Of a stretch of DNA of 64,000 nucleotides, positions 43,938-57,700 are shown piece after piece. Below the pieces are notes generated by a model that ran no database searches, was not told where the DNA came from, and was given only the letters and a program-made list of their open reading frames with translations. The translations under genes were made by a program, and so were the position numbers. Position 1 is the first letter of the stretch. Every line of letters starts with the position of its first letter. Source of the stretch: Macrostomum lignano (taxonomy: Eukaryota); assembly GCA_002269645.1 (NCBI GenBank), contig NIVC01002718.1:62001-126000 (forward strand). The letters run 5' to 3'.

Positions 43938-44999
43938 GATACAGCGGCTGGGGAAGGGAAGACAGCGGCTGGGGAAGGGGAGACAGCGGATGGGGAAGGG
44001 GAGACAGCGGATGGGGAAGGGGAGACAGCGGATGGGGAAGGGGAGACAGCGGATGGGAAAGGGGAGACAGCGGATGGGGAAGGGGAAGGGGAAACAGCGG
44101 ATGGGGAAGGGGAAGGGGAGACAGCAGATGGGGGAGGGAAGACAGCGGATGGGGAAGGGGAGACAGCAGATGGGAAAGGGAAGACAGCGACTGGGGAAGG
44201 GAAGACAGCGACTGGGGAAGGGGAGACAGCGACTGGGGAAGGGGAGACAGCGGCTGGGGAAGGGAAGACAGCGACTGGGGAAGGGGAGACAGCGGCTGGG
44301 GAAGGGAAGACAGCAGATGGGAAAGGGGAGACAGCGGCTGGGGAAGGGGAGACAGCAGATGGGAAAGGGGAGACAGCGGCTGGGGAAGGGAAGACAGCGG
44401 CTGGGGAAGGGGAGACAGCGGCTGGGGAAGGGGAGACAGCAGATGGGGAAGGGGAGACAGCGGCTGGGGAAGGGGAGACAGCGGCAGGGGAAGGGGAGAC
44501 AGCGGCTGGGGAAGGGGAGACAGCGGATGGGGAAGGGGAGACAGCAGATGGGGAAGGGGAGACAGCAGATGGGGGAGGGGAGACAGCGGATGGGGAAGGG
44601 GAGACAGCAGATGGGGAAGGGGAGACAGCAGATGGGAAAGGGGAGACAGCAGATGGGGGAGGGGAGACAGCGGATGGGGAAGGGAAGACAGCGGATGGGG
44701 AAGGGGAGACAGCGGATGGGGAAGGGGAGACAGCAGATGGGGAAGGGGAGACAGCAGATGGGAAAGGGGAGACAGCAGATGGGGGAGGGGAGACAGCGGC
44801 AGGGGAAGGGGAGACAGCAGATGGGGAAGGGAAGACAGCGGATGGGGAAGGGGAGACAGCAGATGGGGAAGGGGAGACAGCAGATGGGAAAGGGGAGACA
44901 GCAGATGGGGGAGGGGAGACAGCAGATGGGGAAGGGGAGACAGCGGCTGGGGAAGGGGAGACAGCAGATGGGGAAGGGGAGACAGCAGATGGGGAAGGG
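43938..44999. repeat. 21-bp G-rich minisatellite GGGGAAGGGGAGACAGC(G/A)GAT
   Basis: About 50 copies. Confidence 0.95.
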
Positions 45000-45365
45000 A
45001 TTTAAAGACAGGGAGTAGGGAGCGAGAGGGGGATATTTGGTAGTGTGCATACGATCGTATATTGCATTACAATGCCCTTATTTTTTGCGAATGAAATTAG
45101 ATCATGGAATTTTATTTGCTTAGCCGTAAAGGCCACAAAAGTGCACGGCTGACGCGCTCGATTTGTGCCGCAGATGCAGCACGGCCGGAAAGCATTTTTA
45201 TTGGCGATCGAAGACCCTAAACAGCCATTGATTCTGCTATTATGGCCTTTGAGTGGCTGGGAGGCGAAGACTATACAAGAAAGCAGCACACAGGAATGCC
45301 TGCTGATTGTAGCAATTCAGGGATGAACTGGCGATCGCGTATTGCACATGCATATGTAATCTGTT

Positions 45366-45396
<31 letters not shown>

Positions 45397-45476
45397 TTGT
45401 CTGTTTGGTTGTCTGCCTGTCTGTCTGTCTGTTTGTCTGTCTATCTATCTATCTGTCTATCAATCAATCAATCAAT

Positions 45477-45508
<32 letters not shown>

Positions 45509-45509
45509 A

Positions 45510-46886
45510 TGAAGTGCATGGCAAATGCACTTAATAATTGTAGCCCATACTCGTACTTTGCAAGTTTCGTCCCCTTTTTATTACGTGCTAACTGTAGTAG
45601 TCCCCATTCACTTCATGTCCCCATGTCAGCGACCTGCTGGTGGCCGGGGATGCAAAGTGACGTCGACGCATTCGTGAGGCAGTGCTCGGGTTGCAATCAA
45701 CTTAGACCGAGATTTGCCAAGGCCCGGGATGTCTGGCACCCATTTCAGTGAATTCACATGGACTGGGCATACATCAAGGACGCCGCGAACGTTCTCATTA
45801 TCGTGGACGCCTTCTCTGGGTGGATTGAAGCATTCCCCTGTCCCAGTCGGTCGGGCGAAAACGTCATCGCTTCTTTGTGCACTGTGTTCACTCGGTTTGG
45901 CGTATCCGAAACTGTGGTGTCAGACAACGCTCCAGAATTCACAGGCGATCCTGTTGGGACCTGGCTGAAAGCTAACGGCGTGACAAAACTAGAATCCCCT
46001 CCATACTATCCTCAAGCGAACGGAGCAGCGGAACGAGCGGTTCAAACCGTGAAGGCTGCACTGCGCTCCTGGACTGAGCGCATCACCCGTCTGCCGTTCA
46101 TCCCTTTTCTGCAGAAGGTACTGATGCATCACCGCAACTCTGCCATGAGTCGAGGAAAAAGCCCGGCCGAGTTGGTTTTTGGACGAAAACTGCGGGTTCC
46201 CGTGGTTTCAGCGTTTGACCAAGGCGAGTCTGTGCTGTACAAACCATCCGATGCAGTTGGGCAGCCCGCGAAATTCCTGATGACCGCGGGACGCAACACA
46301 GCCTGGGTTTTGGCGAATGGCCGCCTACAGTTTGCTAGCACCAACCAAATCGCTCCATACCATGGTGCTGACATCGACGATGGCGAGGAGGAAGAGGATG
46401 ATGCTACACCGGCAACGACCCTGGATGACGATGGACAGCATCCAACGTCTACGCTGAGACGAAGCTCACGCATTAGGCAGCAACCTAACAGATTTGCGCC
46501 ATAAACTCGCAAACTAGCTAAGATTGACACTAGTTGGCGTGCGTTTACTATTTACTGACATATTTAAACTGTTTTGTTATGCTTGTCCAATGTTCCCATT
46601 TGGAGGGGGACATGAAGTGCATGGCAAATGCACTTAATAATTGTAGCCCATACTCGTACTTTGCAAGTTTCGTCCCCTTTTTATTACGTGCTAACTGTAG
46701 TAGTCCCCATTCAATTATGTCTATGACCACGACCTTAAAACCCTCGTATTGCCTCCCCCGAGCGCGTCTTCTCTCTAAGTTTTTCTTCGGCCCAAAGCTT
46801 TCGTAATCGCATGACAAATAAAAAGCAATATCAACCATAAGAGATAATCTGCAACAAGACAAATACATCAGTTACCAGACACAACA
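45510..46886 (+). mobile_element. Internally deleted Ty3/gypsy LTR retrotransposon (partial 5' LTR 45510-45610, integrase, PPT, 3' LTR from 46613)
   Basis: About 100-bp direct repeat starting TGAAGTGCATGG at 45510 and 46613; PPT GGAGGGGGA at 46602-46610. The LTR ends either at TACATCA (46870) or at CA (46886) followed by a CAATA TSD candidate. Confidence 0.8.
45630..46504 (+). pseudogene. Ty3/gypsy integrase (partial zinc finger WWPGM...CSGC; DDE core IHMD / SDNAPEF / NGAAER), with a frameshift near 45750
   Basis: ORF 45758-46504 plus the upstream frame of ORF 45242-45751. Confidence 0.88.
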
Positions 46887-46929
46887 CAATAAACCGACGC
46901 CAATTGATTGGCTGGTTTTTTTGATTGAT

Positions 46930-47005
46930 TGTCTATTGATTGTCAATATAGATAAATAGATAGATAGACAAACAGATAGGCAGACAAACAGATAGGCAGA
47001 CAAAC

Positions 47006-47054
<49 letters not shown>

Positions 47055-47121
47055 GGCAGACAGACAGACAGGCAGACAAACAGATAGACAGACAAATAGA
47101 CAAACAGGCAGACAAACAGAT

Positions 47122-47158
<37 letters not shown>

Positions 47159-47241
47159 AACAGATAGGCAGACAAACAGACAGACAAACAGACAGGCAGA
47201 CAAACAGATAGACAGACAAACAGATAGGCAGACAAACAGAT

Positions 47242-47272
<31 letters not shown>

Positions 47273-47591
47273 TAGACAGACAAACAGGCAGACAAACAGA
47301 TAGACAGACAAACAGGCAGACAAACAGATAGACAGACAAACAGGCAGACAAACAGATAGACAAACAGATAGACAGACAGACAAATAGACAGACAAACAGA
47401 TAGGCAGACAGACAGACAAACAGACAGGCAGACAAACAGATAGACAGACAAACAGATAGACAGACAGACAGACAGGCAGACAAACAGATAGGCAGACAAA
47501 CAGATAGGCAGACAAACAGATAGACAGACAGACAGACAGGCAGACAAACAGATAGACAGACTAACAGACAGACAAACAGATAGACAGACAA

Positions 47592-47622
<31 letters not shown>

Positions 47623-47639
47623 AACAGATAGGCAGACAA

Positions 47640-47670
<31 letters not shown>

Positions 47671-47897
47671 AACAGATAGACAGACAAACAGACAGACAAA
47701 CAGATAGGCAGACAAACAGATAGGCAGACAAACAGATAGGCAGACAAACAGACAGACAAACAGATAGACAGACAAACAGACAGACAAACAGATAGGCAGA
47801 CAAACAGACAGACAGACAGACAGACAAACAGATAGGCAGACAAACAGATAGGCAGACAAACAGACAGACAAACAGATAGGCAGACAAACAGATAGGC
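46930..47897. repeat. Complex (GACA/GATA/AACA)n microsatellite
   Basis: Directly visible. Confidence 0.92.
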
Positions 47898-48254
47898 ACC
47901 AATTAATTAGTATGCCAATATAAAAGACTGCCTACCCCGACCATTCAGTACACTGTTGTTTTGCCGCACATTCCATATTGAATATTCAGAAGAATCGAAG
48001 ACTTTATGAAGTCGGCGGCAGTTGCGCACACAGAATTGCTTCATTGTTAGTCTGTAAGCGTCTCAATATATAGTATAGTTCAGTTATATTTTTGTTTCAG
48101 TTATTACAGAATCTCTTTGATTACAGCTGAATATTAGATGATTCACGAGCATTAATTAACAGCAAAACAGCATGGAGGTGCGACTGCATTGCTCAACATC
48201 AGAGCAAAAATTTGATTCCGCCTTTGTAATTGAAAGAAAGGGCGGGTGCAAGGA

Positions 48255-48560
48255 GATGGGGTGATGAAAGGGAGACAGGGGGGATGTAGGGAGAAAGTGA
48301 GATTTAAGGAGACAGGGAAATGTACAGAGACAAGGAAGATGTAGGGAAATGTGGGATGTAGGGAGATGTAGGGAGATAGGGGTTGTAGGGAGATGGGGAT
48401 GTAGGGAGATGAAGGGATGTAGGGAGATGGGAGATGTAGGGAGATGAAGGGATGTAGGGAGATGGGAGATGTAGGGAGATGAAGGGATGTAGGGAGACAG
48501 GGAGATGTAGGGAGACAGGGAGATGTAGGGAGACAGGGGAGATTTAGGGAGACGGGAGAT
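48255..48560. repeat. Degenerate GGGAGATGTAGGGAGA minisatellite
   Basis: Directly visible. Confidence 0.75.
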
Positions 48561-49214
48561 GTAGTCAGTTAGATAGGCAAAGCTTACCTTAGGTGCAAGT
48601 CGAAAATGATGCCAACAGAGCAAAAATAATATCAATGCTAATCTGCATGAAAATAAGTCAATATATCAAGAGCCAAAAAAGTAGATGGAAATGAGAAAAA
48701 CGGTGAAACTGCTGGAGAGGAAATGAGGCGACTTGAGATATTACAGACGGCGCAGACAGCCAAGCCCAATATTGGTCTGTCAATCAAAACGCAGTTGAAA
48801 TTGAAAAGCCAAATGGACTATTAACATGAGCGAGGATGTAAAAGTGCAAATATAATTGTCATGCTCGATTAAAGATTTTGTGGGGCAAGCAGATTGCGCA
48901 ACACAACGGGGCACTAGAGAGATGCAGGGGTTCCGGTTAAGCTGTTCGTCCGGCGCCACGACAGAGCAGTTCGGTGTGTACATTGGGCACAGGTGTGCGT
49001 GATTAATGGCCCGGTGAGGATCTCAGGACAGCTGACAGAGTTTCACCTGCTTGCATGCTGAGGGAGCTCTGGATTAAGAGTTTAAGGCAGGCTTGCAATT
49101 AGAGAGAGCGCAGCGCCCTGGGGGGAATGGCAGATTGAAGAGAGGCACAGATACATCCGGCCCATATGGACACGCGGACAGATAGAAGTCTGTCGGACAA
49201 TAAAACAGTAAGTC

Positions 49215-49279
49215 ACAAGACTGACAGACAAACAGACACACAGACACAGACAGACAGACAGATAGACAGACAGACAGAC

Positions 49280-49360
<81 letters not shown>

Positions 49361-49383
49361 GGCAGGCAGACAGACAGAAACTA

Positions 49384-49456
<73 letters not shown>

Positions 49457-49540
49457 CTAAGACAGACAAACAGACAGACAGGCAGACAGGCAGACAAACA
49501 GACAGACAGACAGACAGAGAGACAGACAGACACACAGACG
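49215..49540. repeat. (GACA)n microsatellite directly 3' of Rab21
   Basis: Directly visible. Confidence 0.9.
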
Positions 49541-49567
49541 CGGACGGGCACATACACTGTGGCGCTG

Positions 49568-50256
49568 CTAGCAGCAGGCCTTGGACTGTCCACCGCCGCT
49601 GCCAGCCGGATCATCATCCAGCACGATGCCCGAAGTTCTGGCGCTATCGGCAGCCGGAGGCGCGGCCGCAGCAGTCTGCTGGTGTCGCTCCAGCATGCGC
49701 CGCGCCACACCCAGGAAGGCCTCTTCTACGCCGCGGTTCAGCTTCGCCGAGGTCAGGCAGTGCGCGGCCCCGACCGATTCAGCGAATGCGGCGACTTCGT
49801 CTGGCGACACCCGGCGCTCCCGTTCGGCGAGGTCGATCTTGTTGCCGACGATGCACAGGCACACCTGGTCGCCGCAGATTTTGCGAAGCTCCTTCACCCA
49901 GCTGCACACCTGAACAAGAATAAAAGTAGAAATAGTAGCAGTAGTAGTACTAGTAGTATTCTTAGGGAATTTCCGAATTTTTCTTAAAATTTGGAAATTT
50001 ACGTTGAAAAGAACCACTAGTGGTTTCCTACAAAACGGCATTCAAACTCGTTCCTTGCCTACTTAAATCCCTTGCTGCAACAGTAGACTATAGTGAGCAT
50101 AACTTTTTACTTCGCGAATTTTTTTCATTCGCTCATCATTATCATCATCTAACTAGCTCACTAACTAGCTAGCTAACTAACCAACCAACTAACCAACTAT
50201 TTAACTAACTAACTAAGTACTGTAACTAACTAACTAACTAACTGACTAACTAACTG

Positions 50257-50293
<37 letters not shown>

Positions 50294-50294
50294 A

Positions 50295-50340
<46 letters not shown>

Positions 50341-50929
50341 GCTAACTAACTAACTAGCTAACTAACTAACTAACTAACTAGCTAACTAACTAACTAGCTA
50401 ACTAACTAACTAGCTAGCTAACTAACTAACTGGCCAACTAACTAACGAACTAATTAACTGAATTAATAGACTAGCTAATAAACTCATTACTAAACGCGTT
50501 TTAGAAAAAAAATTTTGCATTAAAAATTTGCTAAACAAAAACAGTGAAACATAAGTAGATCCATCATAAACACAAAAACCCAGCATTGCTACTCAAAGCA
50601 GTAGAGCAGTGCGCTACCAAGCCATCTTAAACCTTGTGAAACGAAGACTCATCGCTGACGTCATACACCAGCAGAGCGCCTTGGCTGTCCCTGTAGTAGA
50701 TGGGGCCCAGCGCGTGGAAGCGCTCCTGACCGGCCGTGTCCCAGATGTTCAGCGTCACCCTGGTGCCGCCCAAATTCAGCCGCTTGGTCAGAAACGAAGC
50801 CTGCAGAGTCGTCACGTGCTTGCCGCTGAACTTGCCCTCGGCGTAGCGCAGTACCAGAGAAGTTTTGCCAACGCAGCCCTCGCCGAGTAGCACCAACTTG
50901 AAGCTGGCCGTGTCGGCGCCTATAGACAT
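49568..50929 (-). CDS. RAB21: Rab21 small GTPase, 212 aa; exons 50633-50929 and 49568-49909
   Basis: [62 protein letters not shown] and a C-terminal CC prenylation motif. Phase-0 intron. Confidence 0.95.
50150..50460. repeat. (TAAC)n microsatellite in the Rab21 intron
   Basis: Directly visible. Confidence 0.9.
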
Positions 50930-51062
50930 GCCTGACTGGTGACCGATCGCTGCAGGGTCAGCGGGGGAGAGCTGGGGCACCGCTGCACTGACTCTATAGA
51001 CCTGCGCCTGCTAGCGTTTCTAACCTTTACTTTTGAGCGAGAGAGATAGAGCCCCCGCCTCT

Positions 51063-51455
51063 CACTGCCTACCCCCGCCTTCCGCCTCCTCTCCCTGCCT
51101 TCCTTCCCCCGCCTCTCCCTGCCTTCCTTCTCCCACCTCTCCCTGCCTTCCTTCCCCCGCCTCTCCCTGCCTTCCTTCTCCCACCTCTCCCTGCCTTCCT
51201 TCCCCCGCCTCTCCCTGCCTTCCTTTTCCCGCCTCTCCCTGCCTTCCTTCTCCCGCCTCTCCCTGCCTTCCTTCTCCCGCCTCTCCCTGCCTTCCTTCCC
51301 CGCCTCTCCCTCCCTGCCATCCCCACCTCTCCCTGCCTTCCTTCCCCCGCCTCTCCCTCCCTGCCATCCCCACCTCTCCCTGCCTTTCTTCTCCCACCTC
51401 TCCCTGCCTTCCTTCCCCGCCTCTCCCTGCCTTCCTTCCCCCACCTCTCCCTGCC
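51063..51455. repeat. About 25-bp pyrimidine-rich minisatellite CCTCTCCCTGCCTTCCTTCCCCCG
   Basis: Directly visible. Confidence 0.85.
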
Positions 51456-51856
51456 TCAAGATGAAAACTAAATAAAAGCAAAAAATTAAAATCAACAAAA
51501 CAAAAAGTTGAAAGGAGAACAGATAAAAACTTTCATTTATAGTTTTACTATTCAACAGGAAAACAGATACGTTTGTTTTCCCTATCTTGGGGATTTCAAA
51601 GATACATACAATAGTACACACGATATAACATAGTAGATAGCGCTGCACTGTAGCCAGCACTAGATATAAACTCTTGAGAACTATTAAACAATGTCATAGT
51701 CTGGAAAATTGGACAAAAAACTGTTTGATAAGGGCGCTGTTCTTTGCAGATTATAAATTAGCCAGATATCCATTTATTGTAAAACTCAAAAACTTTTACT
51801 GGTCACAAAGCAGAAACATTTCGGACGCGTTCGAGAGGTCTCCGAGATGTTCAAGT

Positions 51857-53282
<1,426 letters not shown>

Positions 53283-53458
53283 TCATAGGGAGTTTGACGC
53301 TAGAAATGATCCTTTTTACAATCTGGCAGTGAGCTAGCTCAGAATTAATAAATTGGGAGGACTGATCAGGAGCACCATTTTGGAAGAACATGCAGCAAGT
53401 GCAGGGCAGTAACCATTTTGTCTTCAGCATCCATCTGTAGGCTACATATCGGTATAGG

Positions 53459-53618
53459 CAGGGGTGTAGCCAAGACTTTTCCCGGGGGTGCCAGCGCGGG
53501 GCGATAGCGAAGGGCTTTAGCAACAAAGTGGCTTTAGCACCAGGGGGCTTAAGCACCAAAGGGACGCCATAATTGTGGGGGGCCATGGCCCCCTTGCCCC
53601 CACTCAGGCTACGCCCTG
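53459..53618. mobile_element. Short hAT-like MITE (CAGGGGTGTAGCC ... GGCTACGCCCTG)
   Basis: 12-13-bp imperfect TIRs; imperfect 8-bp flank match GTATAGGC / GCATAGGC. Confidence 0.45.
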
Positions 53619-54746
53619 GCATAGGCCATAGTAAAACAATTTTTATTTTCCTGAATTGTGTATAGCATTGACAGATTATGTACCAGGTATTAGCAAGTGA
53701 CCGAACTACTCTGGGAAGGTCTGAGAAATGCTATTTCGGGATGTGAAATCTGCATTTACTTTTTAACAAAAAATTAGTTTATTACAGAAAATTTAAATTA
53801 AGCTTTGGTACGAGTATTTTACCGGAGAAAGTCGAGACTCGAAATAGGCCACAGATCAAGCAAAAGTGCAAGACTACGCACTTATGTGTTGAATTTGCAA
53901 GCTTTTTAAAATCTCACTAGCACGCCAAAGATGTGCACGCAGAGGCTCTCGGAATATCTCGGTCATTAGTTTCTTTAGAAGTGTCACTGCCAGATCAATC
54001 TATGCCGGTCTTTCACCATGCCAGCATCCTTCATCTTTTAAGAAATCCTATTTTCATCCGCGGATACGCCTTGTACCTGTACACGCATCACGCGGGTCAC
54101 GCGCCGCGACACGTACGTCCTCTTAGTCACTAGTGTTTTTTAGTTGAAAGCAGCAAGCCAACTGGAGGAAGACAGTTCCCATGAACTGAAAAGGCATTCT
54201 ACAATTCATTCGATACCGCAGTCTCTCGTGTTTATAAAGAAAAGGAATATCAGTTTTTCTCGGCCTTCGGAAAAGGAAAATATAGGATTTCAATGCAAGA
54301 ACGAATTTTCAAGCATCAAGCTAAGCTTAATAATACGAGTGTATTTTTCATGAACTTTTTGCAGATCCATAGCATCAGTAATGAGATACTTTTGTGTTTT
54401 TTTGAACATCATGCTCACTCTTACTTCAGCTTTTGCCGATGCTCTTAAGCAATCGCTACATTTATAATCTATCTATCAGAGGCGAAATCATTTGGTTTTC
54501 AACAGACCAGCCAATAGCTCATGAGCACTGGTTAAAGTAGACACTGGGCTTAGTCCAATCAGAGGCCAGCTACAATGCCAAGCGTTAATATTGATGACTA
54601 CTTAAAACTCGCAGCCTCGGAACCAACCAACAAGATTAATCCATCAAGCATTGAAACCGTATACCGGTAGTTCAGCCTAAGCATCCACTCTAGCCGAAGC
54701 ATTGCACAGTACTAGAGCGGCTGAAATCAAGTATCCGACACAAGCC

Positions 54747-57700
54747 ATGCCACTGCCAGCAACCGCCACCCTGGCAGCCGGCGCCACTATACTGACGGCA
54801 GCGCTAGCGTTAAACAGCCTCCTCTTGACTGGATTGCGGCGCGAAAAGTCGCTGCGCGCGGTTACCTACTATTACACAAATTCTGTGTGCGCAGCTATGC
54901 TGCTACAGTGCCTAGTGGCCGTGCCGCCCGACGTTGTGTTTCAAATTGTTGGTAAATTATTACGGTATATAGCGGAACCATCAGTCTCACTTCACATTCT
55001 CATTCTTTTTCGCTCTTAATCTCATTATTCCCGAACTGAGCTTTGCCCTCCAACTTGAACTCTCTGGTTTTAACTTGGCATCGCTCAGTTTGATTTGAAA
55101 TTAATGTCTCGGGCTCACAGGAATCGGAGCCTCTCGTCGAATTAAAAATCTATTCTATTCTATCCTATCTTACCAGGTCGGGATCTCTCCTTCTAGCTCG
55201 GAATCTATCCCCCAGCTCGGAATCTATCCCTCAGCTCGGAATCCATCCCTCAGCTCGGAATCTATCCCCAGCTCGGAATCCATCCCTCAGCTCGGAATCT
55301 ATCCCCAGCTCGGAATCCATCCCCCAGCTCGGAATCTATCCCCAGCTCGGAATCCATCCCTCAGCTCGGAATCCATCCCCCAGCTCGGAATCCATCCCCC
55401 AGCTCGGAATCCATCCCCCAGCTCGGAATCCACCCCTCAGCTCGGAATCTATCCCCAGCTCGGAATCCATCCCTCAGCTCGGAATCCATCCCTCAGCTCG
55501 GAATCTATCCCCAGCTCGGAATCCATCCCTCAGCTCGGAATCTATCCCCAGCTCGGAATCCATCCCCCAGCTCGGAATCTATCCCCAGCTCGGAATCCAT
55601 CCCCCAGCTCGGAATCCATCCCCCAGCTCGGAATTCATCCCCCAGCTCGGAATCCATCCCTCAGCTCGGAATCTATCCCCAGCTCGGAATCCATCCCTCA
55701 GCTCGGAATCCATCCCCCAGCTCGGAATCTATCCCCAGCTCGGAATCCATCCCCCAGCTCGGAATCCATCCCCCAGCTCGGAATCTATCCCCCAGCTCGG
55801 AATCCATCCCTCAGCTCGGAATCCATCCCCCAGCTCGGAATCCATCCCCCAGCTCGGAATCCATCCCTCAGCTCGGAATCCATCCCCCAGCTCGGAATCC
55901 ATCCCTCAGCTCGGAATCTATCCCCAGCTCGGAATCCATCCCCCAGCTCGGAATCCATCCCCCAGCTCGGAATCCATCCCTCAGCTCGGAATCCATCCCC
56001 CAGCTCGGAATCTATCCCCCAGCTCGGAACCTCTTTTTCTTAGCTAGGCATCTTTCACACACTGTCAGTATCAAGCAGACAGCAAACTCCAGACAACATG
56101 AACAATTTTAACTGAATCTAGTTTCGTCCCAACCGTTTGCTTGGAGCGCACTTCAATAAACTTCAGTATCACTTCACTGTGCAGTGCACCGGCAGCCAAT
56201 CAGTTTAATAAGAATGTGGTACAAGAGCCCCAATTATCTGTTGCACTTACTGACATGCAGCAACCAATCCACTCGAGCAATCAGATCAAAACCGCTTGTT
56301 CTGGATAGTCATTGATGTTGCAGTCGTTCCATTCTCCTACTACCTCCTACTCGTAGAAGAGATGCTAAGGAGAAACTATGCCAGAGACCTTCTCTACCAG
56401 GCTAGCCAGCAAGATATTTACTTGGTCTCAATCGATGCGCTTCCTAGAGCGATCACTTCATGCATCTCTGTCTGTCTGACTCGCCTCCACTCTCTCGCCC
56501 AGTTCTCTCGACCGCCATGTAGCAAAGCCCAATAATTTAGACAATTATGCGAAACTGAAATTGATGGGTAGCTTGCGGGAGGGAGAGAAGGGTGATCGAA
56601 TTTGCCCTTGCTTGCACTTTCTCTCTTCTCTCCAGATGAGCTAAGATCGCTGCTTTCGGTTGCTGATTAGTGTTGCTAAGGAATCTTTTTCAAAAAGGCT
56701 TGAAAATTGCAGATCACACAGCAGTTTGTGGGAGGGAATGAACTTGAAAATAAGATCTTAGCCTAGCTTGTCTGGTCATGTCGGGACGAATGACTAGGGA
56801 TCTCTGATACTCAGGGCATAAATGCCTAACCGGAGTATCTGGAGATTTTTTAATCACTAAACTTGATATCTGAAGGCGAATTATGAAGTCTTTTTTCAAT
56901 TATTTCAATCAGAAGTTAGCAAAGTTATATTCAAAGAAAAAATGAAGCGGACAGTGGAACTGTGCCGTTCTGCCCTGATTGACTCTGATGGTCCGTGCGT
57001 GTTCGCCAAAAGCCTCTCGAGAGACGAAGACTTCAAACTAACTGAGCTCTTCTCTTATTTGTTATTCTCTTTACCTCAAGTAAGCGCCGAAAAATTCTGC
57101 TGGCTCAGCTGAGGCTCTCAAACTCGGCAGCTCAATTTAATAATCCGTGTGGAAATTGAGTTTGCAATCAACTCAAACTGCTTGTGTCTCTTTTCTTTAT
57201 CCCCAATCCTCTCTTGTTCTGTCTTTTTTAAGAATTGTATCACTTGCTTCTATCATACTGCACCGACTCTCAATCTGTCCCAGAATCCAGGGCTCGCAAG
57301 CGGAGCTTGCTACCAACTTAGCTGCAAAAACCCACAGCAGCTTGAACTATCTGTGCAATACTAGTATGATAGTGAATCTAATTAGGCCCAGAAGCGCTAT
57401 TGAAGCTTTCTATAGTATCGAATTGTACGCCACGCTTTTACACTTTCTTCCGGAAAAGGCGTGAAATGAATTTTACCTCAATACAGGATACATTTACTGC
57501 TACATGATGACAAGCATGTGAATTATTTTACTTGCCTGCGCATGTTTCAAAGTGATGCTTTTGTCTTAAATCACGTTTGTTTCTTGGCTTTAAGGTGCCA
57601 ATTTATGAAATATGACTGGTATGACTAGTAGACTCAACATGGTAATTGGGGATTTAATTAGTTAAAATGGCAAACTAATTTCCACAAGTCCTCTAGAAGA

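Noticed and set aside
43866-45050. RGD/WGRGDS-repeat and CCLPFP-repeat ORFs (adhesive- or keratin-associated-like)
   Set aside because: All frames are open because the unit is a 21-bp stop-free repeat; no signal peptide, splice context or unique domain.
46872-47902. LSVC-repeat ORFs (also at 22681, 42413 and 49074)
   Set aside because: Translations of (CTGT/GACA)n microsatellites.
50150-50460. (TAAC)n as telomeric repeat or branch-point array
   Set aside because: Not TTAGGG-like, and CTAAC lies on the antisense strand of Rab21.
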